From the NCBI GenBank assembly GCA_951406725.2, contig OX597818.1:102610001-102674000 (forward strand): 64,000 nt of DNA. Reading direction: 5' to 3'. The translations under genes were made by a program, and so were the position numbers. Positions 1 through 11,419 of the stretch are shown one piece after another. Position 1 is the first letter of the stretch, and each line of letters begins with the position of its first letter. Below the pieces are notes generated by a model. The model was not told the DNA's origin. It was given only the letters and a program-made list of their open reading frames with translations, and ran no database searches. The DNA comes from Octopus vulgaris. Taxonomy: Eukaryota.

Positions 1-654
1 ATATAAATTTTTTTTAAATTTCTGTGATGTTCTCATATGCGTTTGCATTAGTACTTCCCCTTGTTGGTATTATTTAATGCCTAAACTGGTATATTATGGC
101 ATTAAATTTATTAAGTTAATAAGAGATATATTTAATATATATTTTATATTTTATAACTTAGCGTACTTGGAATCATAACAAACTTACGGTAAATCTAACA
201 ACCGTATGTTTACTATGCAACAAACCGGTGTTATAAATTTTAAGTTACCCAACTGATATTTAAAAATATATTTCTATCTTTAAATATTTTATGAAATGCA
301 TGAGTGGATCATTTTCGTTATTTGAGGCATAGTTAGAATTTTGAAGGACTAAATGGCAGCATAGTTGCTTCCCTTTTTGTTTATCTATGTGCTAGTTGTT
401 GCTTGTGGTTATGTATGTGAATAAGTGTATGTGTATACATATAATTATGTGTGTATGTGCGATTGATCTGTAGATGCGCGTGTGAATATTGGCGTTCCTT
501 GACTAACCAACCGTATAATTTCTTTTGTGATTTAAATTTCAAACCAATAGCCAATCGTATTAATCTAAATTTTCTTTACCTAGTGGTCAGTATTTCTAAA
601 CTCATAGTTATTTCGATCTTGAAAGGATGGACTTGGTGCAAACATAACTGTATC

Positions 655-685
<31 letters not shown>

Positions 686-1027
686 ATTAATAGTAATTTT
701 TATTAACTTTTATAGCTTTATAATTTTATGAACTGAACCATGGTTTTAATTATTATTTTTCATCTCCCTATGTGTTAGGTTTTTTTTAAAAACTATTAGC
801 CAAATATGTATAATATCGGTGCTTATTAATATTAATATATACACTGATATATATTTTGTTTTTATTTTGTTCTGTTTACCTTCCATTATTGTACCAATGA
901 GTATTATATTATATAAGTGTAGCATTATGAAGTTTATGTATAAGTTTTTATATTTTACATTTATATTTTTATATTTATATGTATATGGTTAAATAATCTT
1001 TTTCACAATTATAACAAATTTAATTCT

Positions 1028-1143
1028 AATTCTCTGAAGAGGCCGTGGGGCATCCTTGTTAATGCCTCATTTATACCTGCCTTTATGGCTTATAGGTTAA
1101 ATGAGGTATGACTGCCCTCACTGCCGAAACAGCTGTCAGATTT
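1028..1143 (+). ncRNA. Minimal type-I hammerhead ribozyme (Penelope-type) with a long extended stem II
   Basis: TCT (stem I) + CTGAAGA core at 1034-1040 + GGC...GCC stem II + GAAA at 1126-1129 + palindromic stem III ACAGCTGT + GTC cleavage triplet (1135-1137) + AGA closing stem I. All core nucleotides match the consensus CUGANGA/GAAA/NUH. Confidence 0.8.
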
Positions 1144-1323
1144 GATTTAATTACATATTATATTTGAAATTTTATACTTATATCTCTTTGTCTATTTACT
1201 CTTACTGTATATTTTGTATAATGCCTTTGCTGATATGTAATGGTGTATTAAAGTATTGTTTGGGTATCATCTGATAGTTGATGTTTTATTGATTTAAGGA
1301 TGTTTCTCCATTCTCTAATTTTG

Positions 1324-1389
<66 letters not shown>

Positions 1390-1410
1390 TTATATACATA
1401 CACATGTGAC

Positions 1411-1720
1411 GGCGCATGGCTTAGTGGTTAGAGCGTCGAGCTTACGATTGTGAGGTTGTGAGTTCGAATCCGGACCGGGCTGCGTGCTTTCTTCTTGAGC
1501 AAGACACTTTATTTCACGTTGCTCCAGTTCACTCAGCTGTGGAAATGAGTTGCAACGTCACAGGTACCAAGCTGTAGCGGCCGTTGCTTTTCCCTTGGAT
1601 AACGCTGGTGGCGTGTAGAGGTTATTCATGGGCGACTACTGGTCTTGCATAAACAAACTTGCCCAGACTTGTGCCTGGGAGGGTAACATTGTAGGTGCAA
1701 TCACACTCTAAGCCATGACC
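1411..1720 (+). mobile_element. tRNA-derived SINE (family D)
   Basis: A box TGGCTTAGTGG and B box GAGTTCGAATCC, followed by a non-tRNA body (CTTGAGCAAGACAC...CCAGTTCACTCAGCTG); flanked by (TA)/(CA) repeats. Confidence 0.8.
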
Positions 1721-1774
1721 GAAGGGACACTCAGCTCTCGACATACATATATATATGTGTATGTATGTGTGTAC

Positions 1775-1822
<48 letters not shown>

Positions 1823-1854
1823 ATGTGTATATATAAGTATATATATGTATGTAT

Positions 1855-1924
<70 letters not shown>

Positions 1925-1989
1925 AAATAAGAAAATAGAGAAAAATCAGTTAATAATTATATTCCTTAATTACAAAAATAGACAAGATT

Positions 1990-2069
1990 CCTAACAGCTG
2001 TTTCGATTCAGACTTTAAAGATTTTGGTTCAAATAATTCAATCATTTCAAAGGAGAATCTCGTCGGAGG
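1990..2069 (-). ncRNA. Degenerate minimal hammerhead ribozyme
   Basis: Minus strand: CCT-CCGACGA-GATTC...GAATC-GAAA-CAGCTG-TT-AGG. Same ACAGCTGT palindrome as 1028-1143; core U4 is replaced by C. Confidence 0.6.
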
Positions 2070-2471
2070 CAGAAAAAACTATACCATTATGTTTTTATGT
2101 ATTAAGTATACGGAACATTTCAGAATATATATTATGCTATATATTGCTTACTGTGCACAGTACAACTTTTCTTAGTTTATCGTTCCATCAGAGTACTATA
2201 AAATATTATAACTTTAAGACTTCGTTTAAACTGATATTCCTATCCCACGATTTTGACTGATGTTGTCGAAATCTTGATGATATTTGATCCACCACAGACG
2301 GCAATATTGAAAGAATTTCTTTTTACGTTGCATTTCCGTTTCCCCTTAGAATTTCTTACGCACATACAGACACACAATCACATGTGTGTCCATGTGAGCG
2401 GCTGCATGTGCACAAATATCTCTCCCTCTTTCTTTGTACACCCCCACATGTATATACAATCACATGCAAAA

Positions 2472-2554
2472 CTTGGGTACAGGAGAGATTTGTAATTTTA
2501 TCGTAAAATCGTTAACGATAGCATTGAGAAATATGCGTACATACATAAATACAG

Positions 2555-2590
<36 letters not shown>

Positions 2591-3510
2591 GCATATATAC
2601 ATACATATACATATGCGTACGAATGTATATGTATATGCATACATATATGTATGTGTATATGTATATTTAGAAATATATATATTACAGAAACCTTTATTGT
2701 CAATGATGCTCACATCATTTTAAAGATTGAACATTTATCTATTTTTCTTGATAATTGCCATTTCGGTCGATGCCTTTTTGTAGGTGCTGGGGCAGTTTTG
2801 GTATGCCCATACACACTGACCCACACACATGCGTACAAACAGGCAAAAAGAGCGCAGCTTGAATAACGGACGGTGTCAACAACTATTGAATAGTTTGCCA
2901 GATGCAACGAAAATTTTAGAGGTAATAAATATGTAAATGAGTAGAAATTTTACCGGTGCGTGTGTTAACTTATAAGGCACTAAAAGAGAATGACTTTATC
3001 CAGACACAACAGAATTATTAGTAACTTTTCTTCAGAAAATATTATGCATTGCAATTCATAACTTTTTTGACTGTCGCAATAATTAAGTTAAGGAAATATT
3101 TTTAACAATCTTGTTTAGAAATATACACACATACATGCATAGACAGAGCACATATGCATGCGCGCGCGCACACAGACACACACAGGCACACACATGTATG
3201 TGAATGTATACATTCACACACACACACACACACACATATTTACATACGAAGAGAGAGAAATAATTATTTAAGCTATTATATTCGAATACGTGAGCGTTAG
3301 TGCAGTTGTGCGCCTATAATCATACACAGAAATCCAGTGAGAAGCAGAAAGGGAGAGAGATGGAGAGAGAGAAAGAGAGAGAAAGAGAGAAGGAGAGAGC
3401 TTGATAAAAAAAGAGAGCGAAAGAGAGAGAGAGATTGACTTGGGTACAGCAGAGATTTGTAATTTTATCGTAAAATCGTTAACGATAGCATTGAGAAATA
3501 TGCGTACATA
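2472..3510 (+). repeat. ~75-bp direct repeat pair (2472-2545 and 3438-3510)
   Basis: CTTGGGTACAG(G/C)AGAGATTTGTAATTTTATCGTAAAATCGTTAACGATAGCATTGAGAAATATGCGTACATAC is present twice, near-identical. Confidence 0.85.
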
Positions 3511-4789
3511 CAAATACACAAGCATACATACATTCATACATATATAGAAACATTTATACATATATACATATATAAATATATTCATACATAGTTATATACG
3601 CATATGCATATATACATTAAGGCAATATATATATGAATACATATATACACACATGCAAACGTACACACTATATACCTTGATATACATACATATATACATT
3701 CGAATAAAATGAATGAGAGACAGAGGAGAGAGTTGCGCACAAATCCGGAATTTGTGGTACATTCAGAGAGATTCTTCAAAAATTATTCCACTGACTTCTT
3801 AAGGAAATTTACTAGCAGACAGTTTGTTCTATTTATTTTGGCATTTAATCAACTGTCACAACTTTTCTTACTAATTCCAAGAGCACGTATGCTACAAAGG
3901 AAAGAAAACCTTTGTAATACATAATGTTTCTCCAGACAATTTAAGTAGCTTTTCTAGGAATATTTACCATACTGAAAGCATCTGGAGTAATTAACACCAT
4001 GTTTTGATGTACGAGTGACTGTATGCTGTCCTTATTTCGCTTTAGATGACAGAATAAAAAAGAACAAGATCTTTAACATGAATTAAATACAAAGACACTA
4101 TAGTTGTAATTAATGCTAAATTGTCATACATGCTTAAGTCTTCAATTAACAGTGTCCAGGTACGCCTGCGTATAAAAAGGTCAACCGAAAGAGGATTCAT
4201 ATTGAATGTTTTATGATGGAATATACAAGGAACATTTCATCTGGTTCCTGGGCCAACGATAAACAGCAACCAAATATTCTACAAATTACATTCTTCAATC
4301 ATAATCAAGAGAAAATTATATAATACTGTTTAGATACCTTAAAATAGCCAGAATAATGAAAGGTTTGATTATAGGTTGTAAACAATTGAGATCTGCACTA
4401 AAAACAATATCAGCCTAAAAACACCAGAAACAAGGATACCTTAAGTAGTAATTACTACGCAAATTCTTGTTGAATCGACTAAACTACTAGACTAAATTTA
4501 CTCATGACTGACATTGAACTAAGTCCACACTCATAACGGTAGCGTCGATATATTTTCATCTTAATTTATGTAAATTCATGTTACTTTATCTTATTGATTC
4601 CCGAGGATTAAAAGCCATAGATGAAGCAGGGTATTATTAACTATGATCCCAAATTAAATTATCCATATTTTACATAAGGACAACGTCTCTAAAGTTGGAG
4701 AAAATAGAAATGATATCGACCTTAGTGTTATATCAGTGACTATTCCACGAAGCTGAACTCAAAACATGAAGAGCACTATTTAAATATTG

Positions 4790-5135
4790 GTTTCCTAATT
4801 AGGCACATGGCCAGCAAGGAAGGTTTGTGTGTGTGTGTGTGTGGGGGGGTAAGTCGATTTCATCAACCCCAGTATTCATCTGGCACTTATTTTATCAGCC
4901 TCGAAATGAAAAAATGTAAAGTTGGCGTCGGCGGATTTTGAACACAGAACATAGGGGCGGACGTCCTATTTAAATATATTGATTTAAAATGTTGGCACAA
5001 GGCCAGCAATTTCAAGTGATCAGGTAAGTTGCTTACATGGACCACAATCACCAGCTGGTACTTGTTTTGCCGACCCCGAAAGGATAAAAGGTAAAGCCGA
5101 CAACGGCAGAATTTGGACTCAGAAACTGCGGACAA
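4790..5135 (-). mobile_element. Degenerate family-C SINE fragments (two partial units)
   Basis: GGCAC(A/T)..GGCCAGCAA ... CGACCCCGAAAGGATAAAAGG...GGCAGAATTTGGACTCAGAA matches the family-C body seen at 29526-30327. Confidence 0.6.
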
Positions 5136-5870
5136 GCAGGTTATGTAAATATCGCCATTCTTTTAAGCCCATGATTAAAAGAGTGTGTCTACCCATTCTT
5201 CATGGGCACATTAAATTGAGATTTTTGCCACTACCTTAAAGATATATAATTCCAAAATTTCTTGAAACTAATTTATTATCGCTTCCATGCGTAGGAATAA
5301 TGACACCAGTCTGAAGAAACACTGAAGTAATACAAAACATATTTAGTACAGCAGTAATTTTGTATTACCTATTTTACTGTATTTCAATAACATAACTTAG
5401 TTTTAAAATCATTAAAATGTAATATTCGCTAGAATAATTTTCTTGTAGAGAAAATAGGATGTTACAGTCCCTCCAGATGGAAAATTATCTATTCATGAAC
5501 AGCAACGAACACATACTGACATAACTAACACTAAGTACAGATACAGGGTTTTGTTTTCAAATGTAAGACTGCAGAATATTCTAGAGAACTTCATAGCCTG
5601 TTACATGCTTAGTAATTAATTCATGGCCCCAGGACTACGTGGTTTTCATCGATGTGATTTCTATTCAGATGAGAATGAGCCAAAACAAAATATTGTAAAC
5701 GCTTTTAAAAATGGGAAGGAAATATATCTACCCAGGGTATTAATTAGCACTGCGATATTTTTATACCAGTTATTTATCCCAGGTTCGACAGAAATTCGCG
5801 CTATTATTTAAGAAAAACAAAGTAATAATATTACTACTACCAATAATAATAATAATAATAATAATAATAA

Positions 5871-6477
5871 TTCCTAAGAAGGAATATATTCACAGACACG
5901 ACAGATTTGGGACCTATATACACTGGAAACAATGCCAACATTATGGAATAACAACAGAAAAAAGATGGTATAGGCACACACCAGAAAAGGTCACAGAAAA
6001 CGAGAAGCAACCATACTCTGGGATATGCCAATACACACAGATAGAGAAATTAAGGCCAACAGACCAGATATAGTTGTCAGAGATCATGAAGAAAAAAATG
6101 TTTTCTAATTGATGTATCAATACCAGCGGATGACAACGTGTCTCTAAAAGAAATGGAGAAACTTTCAAAATACAAAAACCTGGTAATAGAGGTAACCAGA
6201 ATGTGGAATCTAAAAGCAGAAACAATTCCTATCATAATAGGTGCATTAGGCATGATAAAAAAATATTCAGACAAATACATAGCAAAAACACCAGGACTTA
6301 CAAACACATATAACATACAGAAAATTGCACTACTAGGCACTGCACACATCCTACGCAGAACACTTTCCATACAATAACCATCAGAGCATCACAACAAATC
6401 ACAGCACATACCCAAGGCATACAGAGCTGCGCTCGGTAGTGAAGTGAAAGCACGATATACAAAATATACTACTGAAT
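5871..6477 (+). mobile_element. 5'-truncated R4/Dong-like non-LTR retrotransposon 3' end (REL endonuclease + 3' UTR), family A
   Basis: Translates WDMPIHTDREIKANRPDIVV...(frameshift)IDVSIP...EKLSKYKNL...IPIIIGALG, i.e. the RLE PD..D..K..KY motifs; flanked on both sides by (TAA)n. Confidence 0.85.
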
Positions 6478-6478
6478 G

Positions 6479-6549
<71 letters not shown>

Positions 6550-6619
6550 CCTTTTTTACTATAGACACAAGGTTCCCAATTTGGGGGAGGGACTGGGCCT
6601 CACTTGTAAGATCAAGATC

Positions 6620-8510
6620 TATTTATCTTGATATGAGATCACCATTACGCGCACATGTGGTTGCGATGGATGTGTCTGGTGTACCCTTATCAGACGAGTA
6701 GTCATGATAGGTATATTGGACTTCGCATATTTATACCCACTAGAATCCTTCCCTGAGTAATTTTCTTGCAACTTGCTGGCATTCGTGCAACTGCAATCCT
6801 GGGCTCCAAAAAAGTATTCTATAATTCTCGTTTTTACACGACGCAATTATATGATCACAGTACTTTTTTTCCAGCACCAGAGCAGCCACCTGGGAAGGCC
6901 ACTATGGGCTGTCAATACAAGTCGGGTCCCTCAGGATCCGACTATCCATATCATTATCCACGAAACTGTCAATAGTCCCTTCCCTGAGATAGAACATATA
7001 TGCTTCACTATTTTCCCTGGGAGGGGCCTCCACTCCCTCGCTCGGTGACACACATCCCACTAACGAGGTTATCTTCTTCCCCCTCTGGTGACACACATCC
7101 CACCGAAGGGGTTTCGGGACATGCCGTCGCCGTTTTTGTTTTTCTCTTCTTTTTTCCTTTTACGACAGGAGGGTGGAGTTCCTCCGACATCTCCGGAGGA
7201 CTCTCTCTCCTCCTGCCATCTCAGGATCCATTGGTGGACAACGAGTGTTGCTCACTTTCTTTCATTTCTTCCCCTTTGTTTTGGAGGAGGTTACCCCCGC
7301 CGACTGTTTCCTCCACTGGGAGAGCGGAGGACACCTTTTCAATTAACTATTCCAGGACCATTGCCTGATCCCGGCGACAGTTCTTCTTTAAATGGTCCGA
7401 TTCCAGGCACAGCTGACACTTAAGGAGACGTCCCTCAACCATCACCGGGTACTTGGAACAGGCGATTCTTAAAAAATCTGGTAAAACAAGATCATCGGCT
7501 GATCGGGTCCATAGGGTCAAAATTGCTTTTGACCCAACCCAATCAACCGCAGGCAACATTTTTACATTTAAGAGTCTGGCAGGGCCGCCACCCAGACCCC
7601 GACGGATAGTGTATTCTATCCCCTCGGCCTCTATACTTGGTGGCAGCCCACATAACCAGGCTCTTGTCAACTTTCTACTGCCATAAGTAGGGAGTTACAA
7701 AATTTTCCCCACCTCCAAATGCATGCGCGCAAAACCACGAGCCTCCGCAGAGGTGTCAAAACGTACACACACAGTTCCATACTTCGCACCGCTGCGGATA
7801 AACCTAACAGTTGGCAGATAGTCTGTCAACTCCTCCTCAATGTCTTCTTCATAGAAGACGTTGATGGTGTCAAGGACCCTGGAGTACGTCCTTAATACTA
7901 CCGTTCTCTCCTGTATAATTTTTCAAGTATTCTTTGGGCGTCACAATTTGACACTCCAAAGCGGATTTCACAGTTGCCATGTTGATAGCCAAAACAAAAA
8001 TAAAAATCCACAAACAAAAATCAAGATATTTAAATGAAAGTCTATAAAGAAACTCAAAAAGATCAGAAAGACAAGCAGGAGAAGAAAGAGCGAAGGAAGA
8101 TAATCCAAAACGGCAACACAACATAATTCTGCTACTCTGGTAATCCAAACTGGTAGTCCTTCACAGCACAAATAGTATTCCGTCCAACTCTGGCTGTACT
8201 CCTATCATTTATGGTAAAAATCCACTTGAAAGGGTACAAACACGGTCATAGAAATTTCCTAAACATTTTCGGAGTAACCCGTCTCCCGAAAACACACAAT
8301 TCTCACTAAAATATGAGTGTTTTTAGTACGACCACTGGCAAAAAATGTCTGGAACCCAGTGGAGACCCTTGTTCGAAAAAATAATAACCTTTACGGACAA
8401 CAGACTTCACTAAGCTCCCAAACAACAAATGCCTTACCCGTGGTCGTGCTTCAAATGTTCAATTCTTCACGTACGATGTGACTTCCACCGCAACGAAAAA
8501 CAACGCGACA
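6620..8510 (-). mobile_element. Decayed 5' part of a non-LTR retrotransposon (5' UTR + gag-like ORF1, possible start of an APE ORF2); L1/Tx1-like
   Basis: CCHC zinc knuckle CQLCLESDHLKKNC at 7377-7418, preceded by PVMVEGR; ATG at ~7980 with stops and frameshifts; basic/low-complexity C-terminus. The APE-like start near 6800-6690 is only weakly supported. Confidence 0.65.
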
Positions 8511-8516
8511 ACTTGG

Positions 8517-8560
8517 TAGCAGTAAGCAAGCTACTTACCACACAGCCACTCCTACGCCTA
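8517..8560 (-). mobile_element. Family-B SINE head fragment
   Basis: Reverse complement of GGAGTGGCTGTGTGGTAAGTAGCTTGCTTAC, as at 47287 and 57723. Confidence 0.7.
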
Positions 8561-8565
8561 GCCAC

Positions 8566-8619
<54 letters not shown>

Positions 8620-8620
<1 letters not shown>

Positions 8621-8907
8621 GAATAAAAGGGGCTGATTCCTACCTAGCCGTGATACCAGGAAACCCAGAAATAGCAGAAATTCGGAAGATATATCCTACA
8701 TAAAATACTTTCTATGTAATCTCAAATTCTAAAACAAACATAATTTTCTTATGTTTTCTTAAACATTCATAGGAACAGCGCTATCTGCAAAACTAAATGT
8801 ATAACACCCTAGGCACAACACCAAATTGAACTTCCAACTTGCTGTCCTTGAGGTCTCTGGGTCAAACTTGGATTCAACTTGCACAAATACAAAGCAAAAG
8901 TCAAACA

Positions 8908-8908
<1 letters not shown>
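8620..8908 (+). mobile_element. R4/Dong-like 3' end, family B (short)
   Basis: KGADSYLAVIPGNPEIAEIRK plus 3' UTR, homologous to 20445-20830; embedded between (TAA)n runs. Confidence 0.7.
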
Positions 8909-8984
<76 letters not shown>

Positions 8985-9140
8985 TAATAATAAAAATAAG
9001 TAGAAGAAGAAAAAGAAGTAGAAGAAGAAGAAGAAGAAGAAGAAGAAGAAGAAGAAGAAGAAGAAGAAGAAGAAGAAAAAGAAGAAGAAGAAGAAGAAGA
9101 AGAAGAAGAAGAAGAAGAAGAAGAAGAAGAAGAAGAAGAA
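8909..9140 (+). repeat. (TAA)n followed by (GAA)n microsatellites
   Basis: Direct reading of the sequence. Confidence 0.95.
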
Positions 9141-9639
9141 TTACGTTTTAATGTTCTTTAATTAGTTTGAAATGACACATATGTGCTCCTACTTGAATTC
9201 GCATAAATAATGGCCTAATAGCGAATAATATCTCAATGTTTCAGTAGACATGTTCTCATAGCTAACATGTTCACATGAGAATGTACACATTTCACATGTG
9301 GACTTCTTTTGCTTGCGAACGACTTACATTTCAACGTCGAAAACGGAATGAGAGTACTGTGTTCAAACTGCTAGGTAAACGAACCAGATTTCCTTTAACT
9401 TGTAAATGTACTTAAAGGCAATATGTATACATAAATATAAATATACACAATAAGAGATTTTACCACTTAAACCATCAGAATAATCGGGCTATAAATAATG
9501 ATAGTAACAACAACAAAAGCAAACAGCTGGATAAGTAGAAACCAGAATCGAAACTATATAATGGAATGGTTTAGTCAGGTTTATTTCCTGTTTTTTCTAA
9601 ATCATCTGGAACGCATATATATTTTTTCATTCGTTTCTT

Positions 9640-9858
9640 TTATTCTCTTATTTGTTTCAGTCATTTGTCTGCGGCCATGCTGGGACGCCGCCTTTAGTCG
9701 AGAAAATCGACCCCAGGACATATTCTTTGTAAGCCTAGTGCTTATACTATCAGTCGTTCTTGCCGAACCGCTAAGTGACGGGGACGTAAACACACCAGCA
9801 CCGGTTGTCAAAGGATGTTGGGAGGACAAACACAGACACACAAACATATACATACATG

Positions 9859-9900
<42 letters not shown>
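9640..9900 (-). mobile_element. Family-B SINE, 3' half; interrupted at its internal (TA)n by the Penelope-like element
   Basis: TTTCAGTCATTTG..TGCGGCCATGCTGG...CCTTTAGTCGAG...CCGAACCGCTAAGT..CGGGGACGTAAACACACC matches the other family-B copies; the head is absent. Confidence 0.8.
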
Positions 9901-9904
<4 letters not shown>

Positions 9905-11419
9905 AAAACAGAAGATACCAAAAATACAGAAAACATCGAAAAGAATGGAACAGAATCAGACCCCAAACAGGCTTATATCAAACACGCAGAAGACCTAACA
10001 CAAATCTTCCAAATATGCAATGCCGAAATAAACAAGACAAAAGCACATCTTCAACAGGGGAATACCAGAAGCATGGAAGATCTATTCACAGAAACCTGTA
10101 GTAAGTTGAATTCGCTTCTTTCAAAAATTTATACACTCTTTGCAAACATTGCTTTAACAATAAACACAATCCAAACACAAAATATTCTCTCTAAAAATAA
10201 TCAAGCAAACAGAACTGACAACACAAATCTTTTGGTGGGATCACCCCAATCACAAAGGACAACAAATGACGAAGAAACAAAAACTGACACAGACCAAGAA
10301 AAACCTTAAAAACCCCAAGACTGGAACACACTTCTAAACCAACGCAAATATGCTTATTGGAAAAGCATACGCTGTAAGAACATAGCCAACATATATCAAA
10401 ACTGGCGGGACTTGAAGAACCCAATACTCCCTAGAAAATTTCTTATCAAAGAAATAAGAGGTGAAACACTAGAAGAAACAACAATACGTGCAAACCTAGC
10501 TCTCTGCCGACTAGAAACGGAAATTTCCCTTCTACAAACAGGAAGCGCACACCAGGAAGATAAGATTAAAACAATCGATACCGTCATAATGGCCGAGATA
10601 ACAGAAAAGAGCAATAACCAAAACAAAGAAAAACTACAACAATTATGGAAAGAGGATACCAAACGATAGGAGGGAAGATCCAGAATTATGTGGCCCAAAC
10701 AACAGGAGTGGTTTTTAAACTACAAAAAGAACTATGGGGAAAATCAATTATGAAGACAAAAAAAACTACCAAAAAATGAATAGATACAACAAACCAACAC
10801 CACAAACATATTGGACTCCCAGACATCCAAATAAGCCCTACCAAACACAAACCAAAATCCCACTCCTTACACTGCCGAACCCCATAATAAACAGATACAC
10901 AAAATATGAAAGACAACCATCAACCAAAAACCCCACAAAAACAAACACACAAACAGCAAGACGAACACAATACATCCAACCAACAACCTATAACACTTGG
11001 AGAGAACAAATAGAATATGAACAACCACCAACACATAATACTGGACATCCTAAAAGGACACACACATGGAACAATAAACAAATGGATAGAAATCAACACG
11101 TAACCTACAACAAACATCGAGGAAATCGAAACCACACAAACACCAACCACATGCAACCCCTCAAATTTGCAAGATGGATAAAAAACAACTCCCACAATCA
11201 ATACAATACAAACACAATACATGAACCATCCACCTACCCACAAAGAAACCTGAACCCCAGTAATAGTTATTGGCTCAACAAACACAGAAGATGGGAAGAA
11301 AACAACTACCAAAGACAAAACAACACATACAGACCACACAGACCATCCCTACTACAAGAAAACCTAAGAACTGAAAATGGAATTTGGAGACGCAACAATA
11401 CAACCCATTTTTTAGGGAG

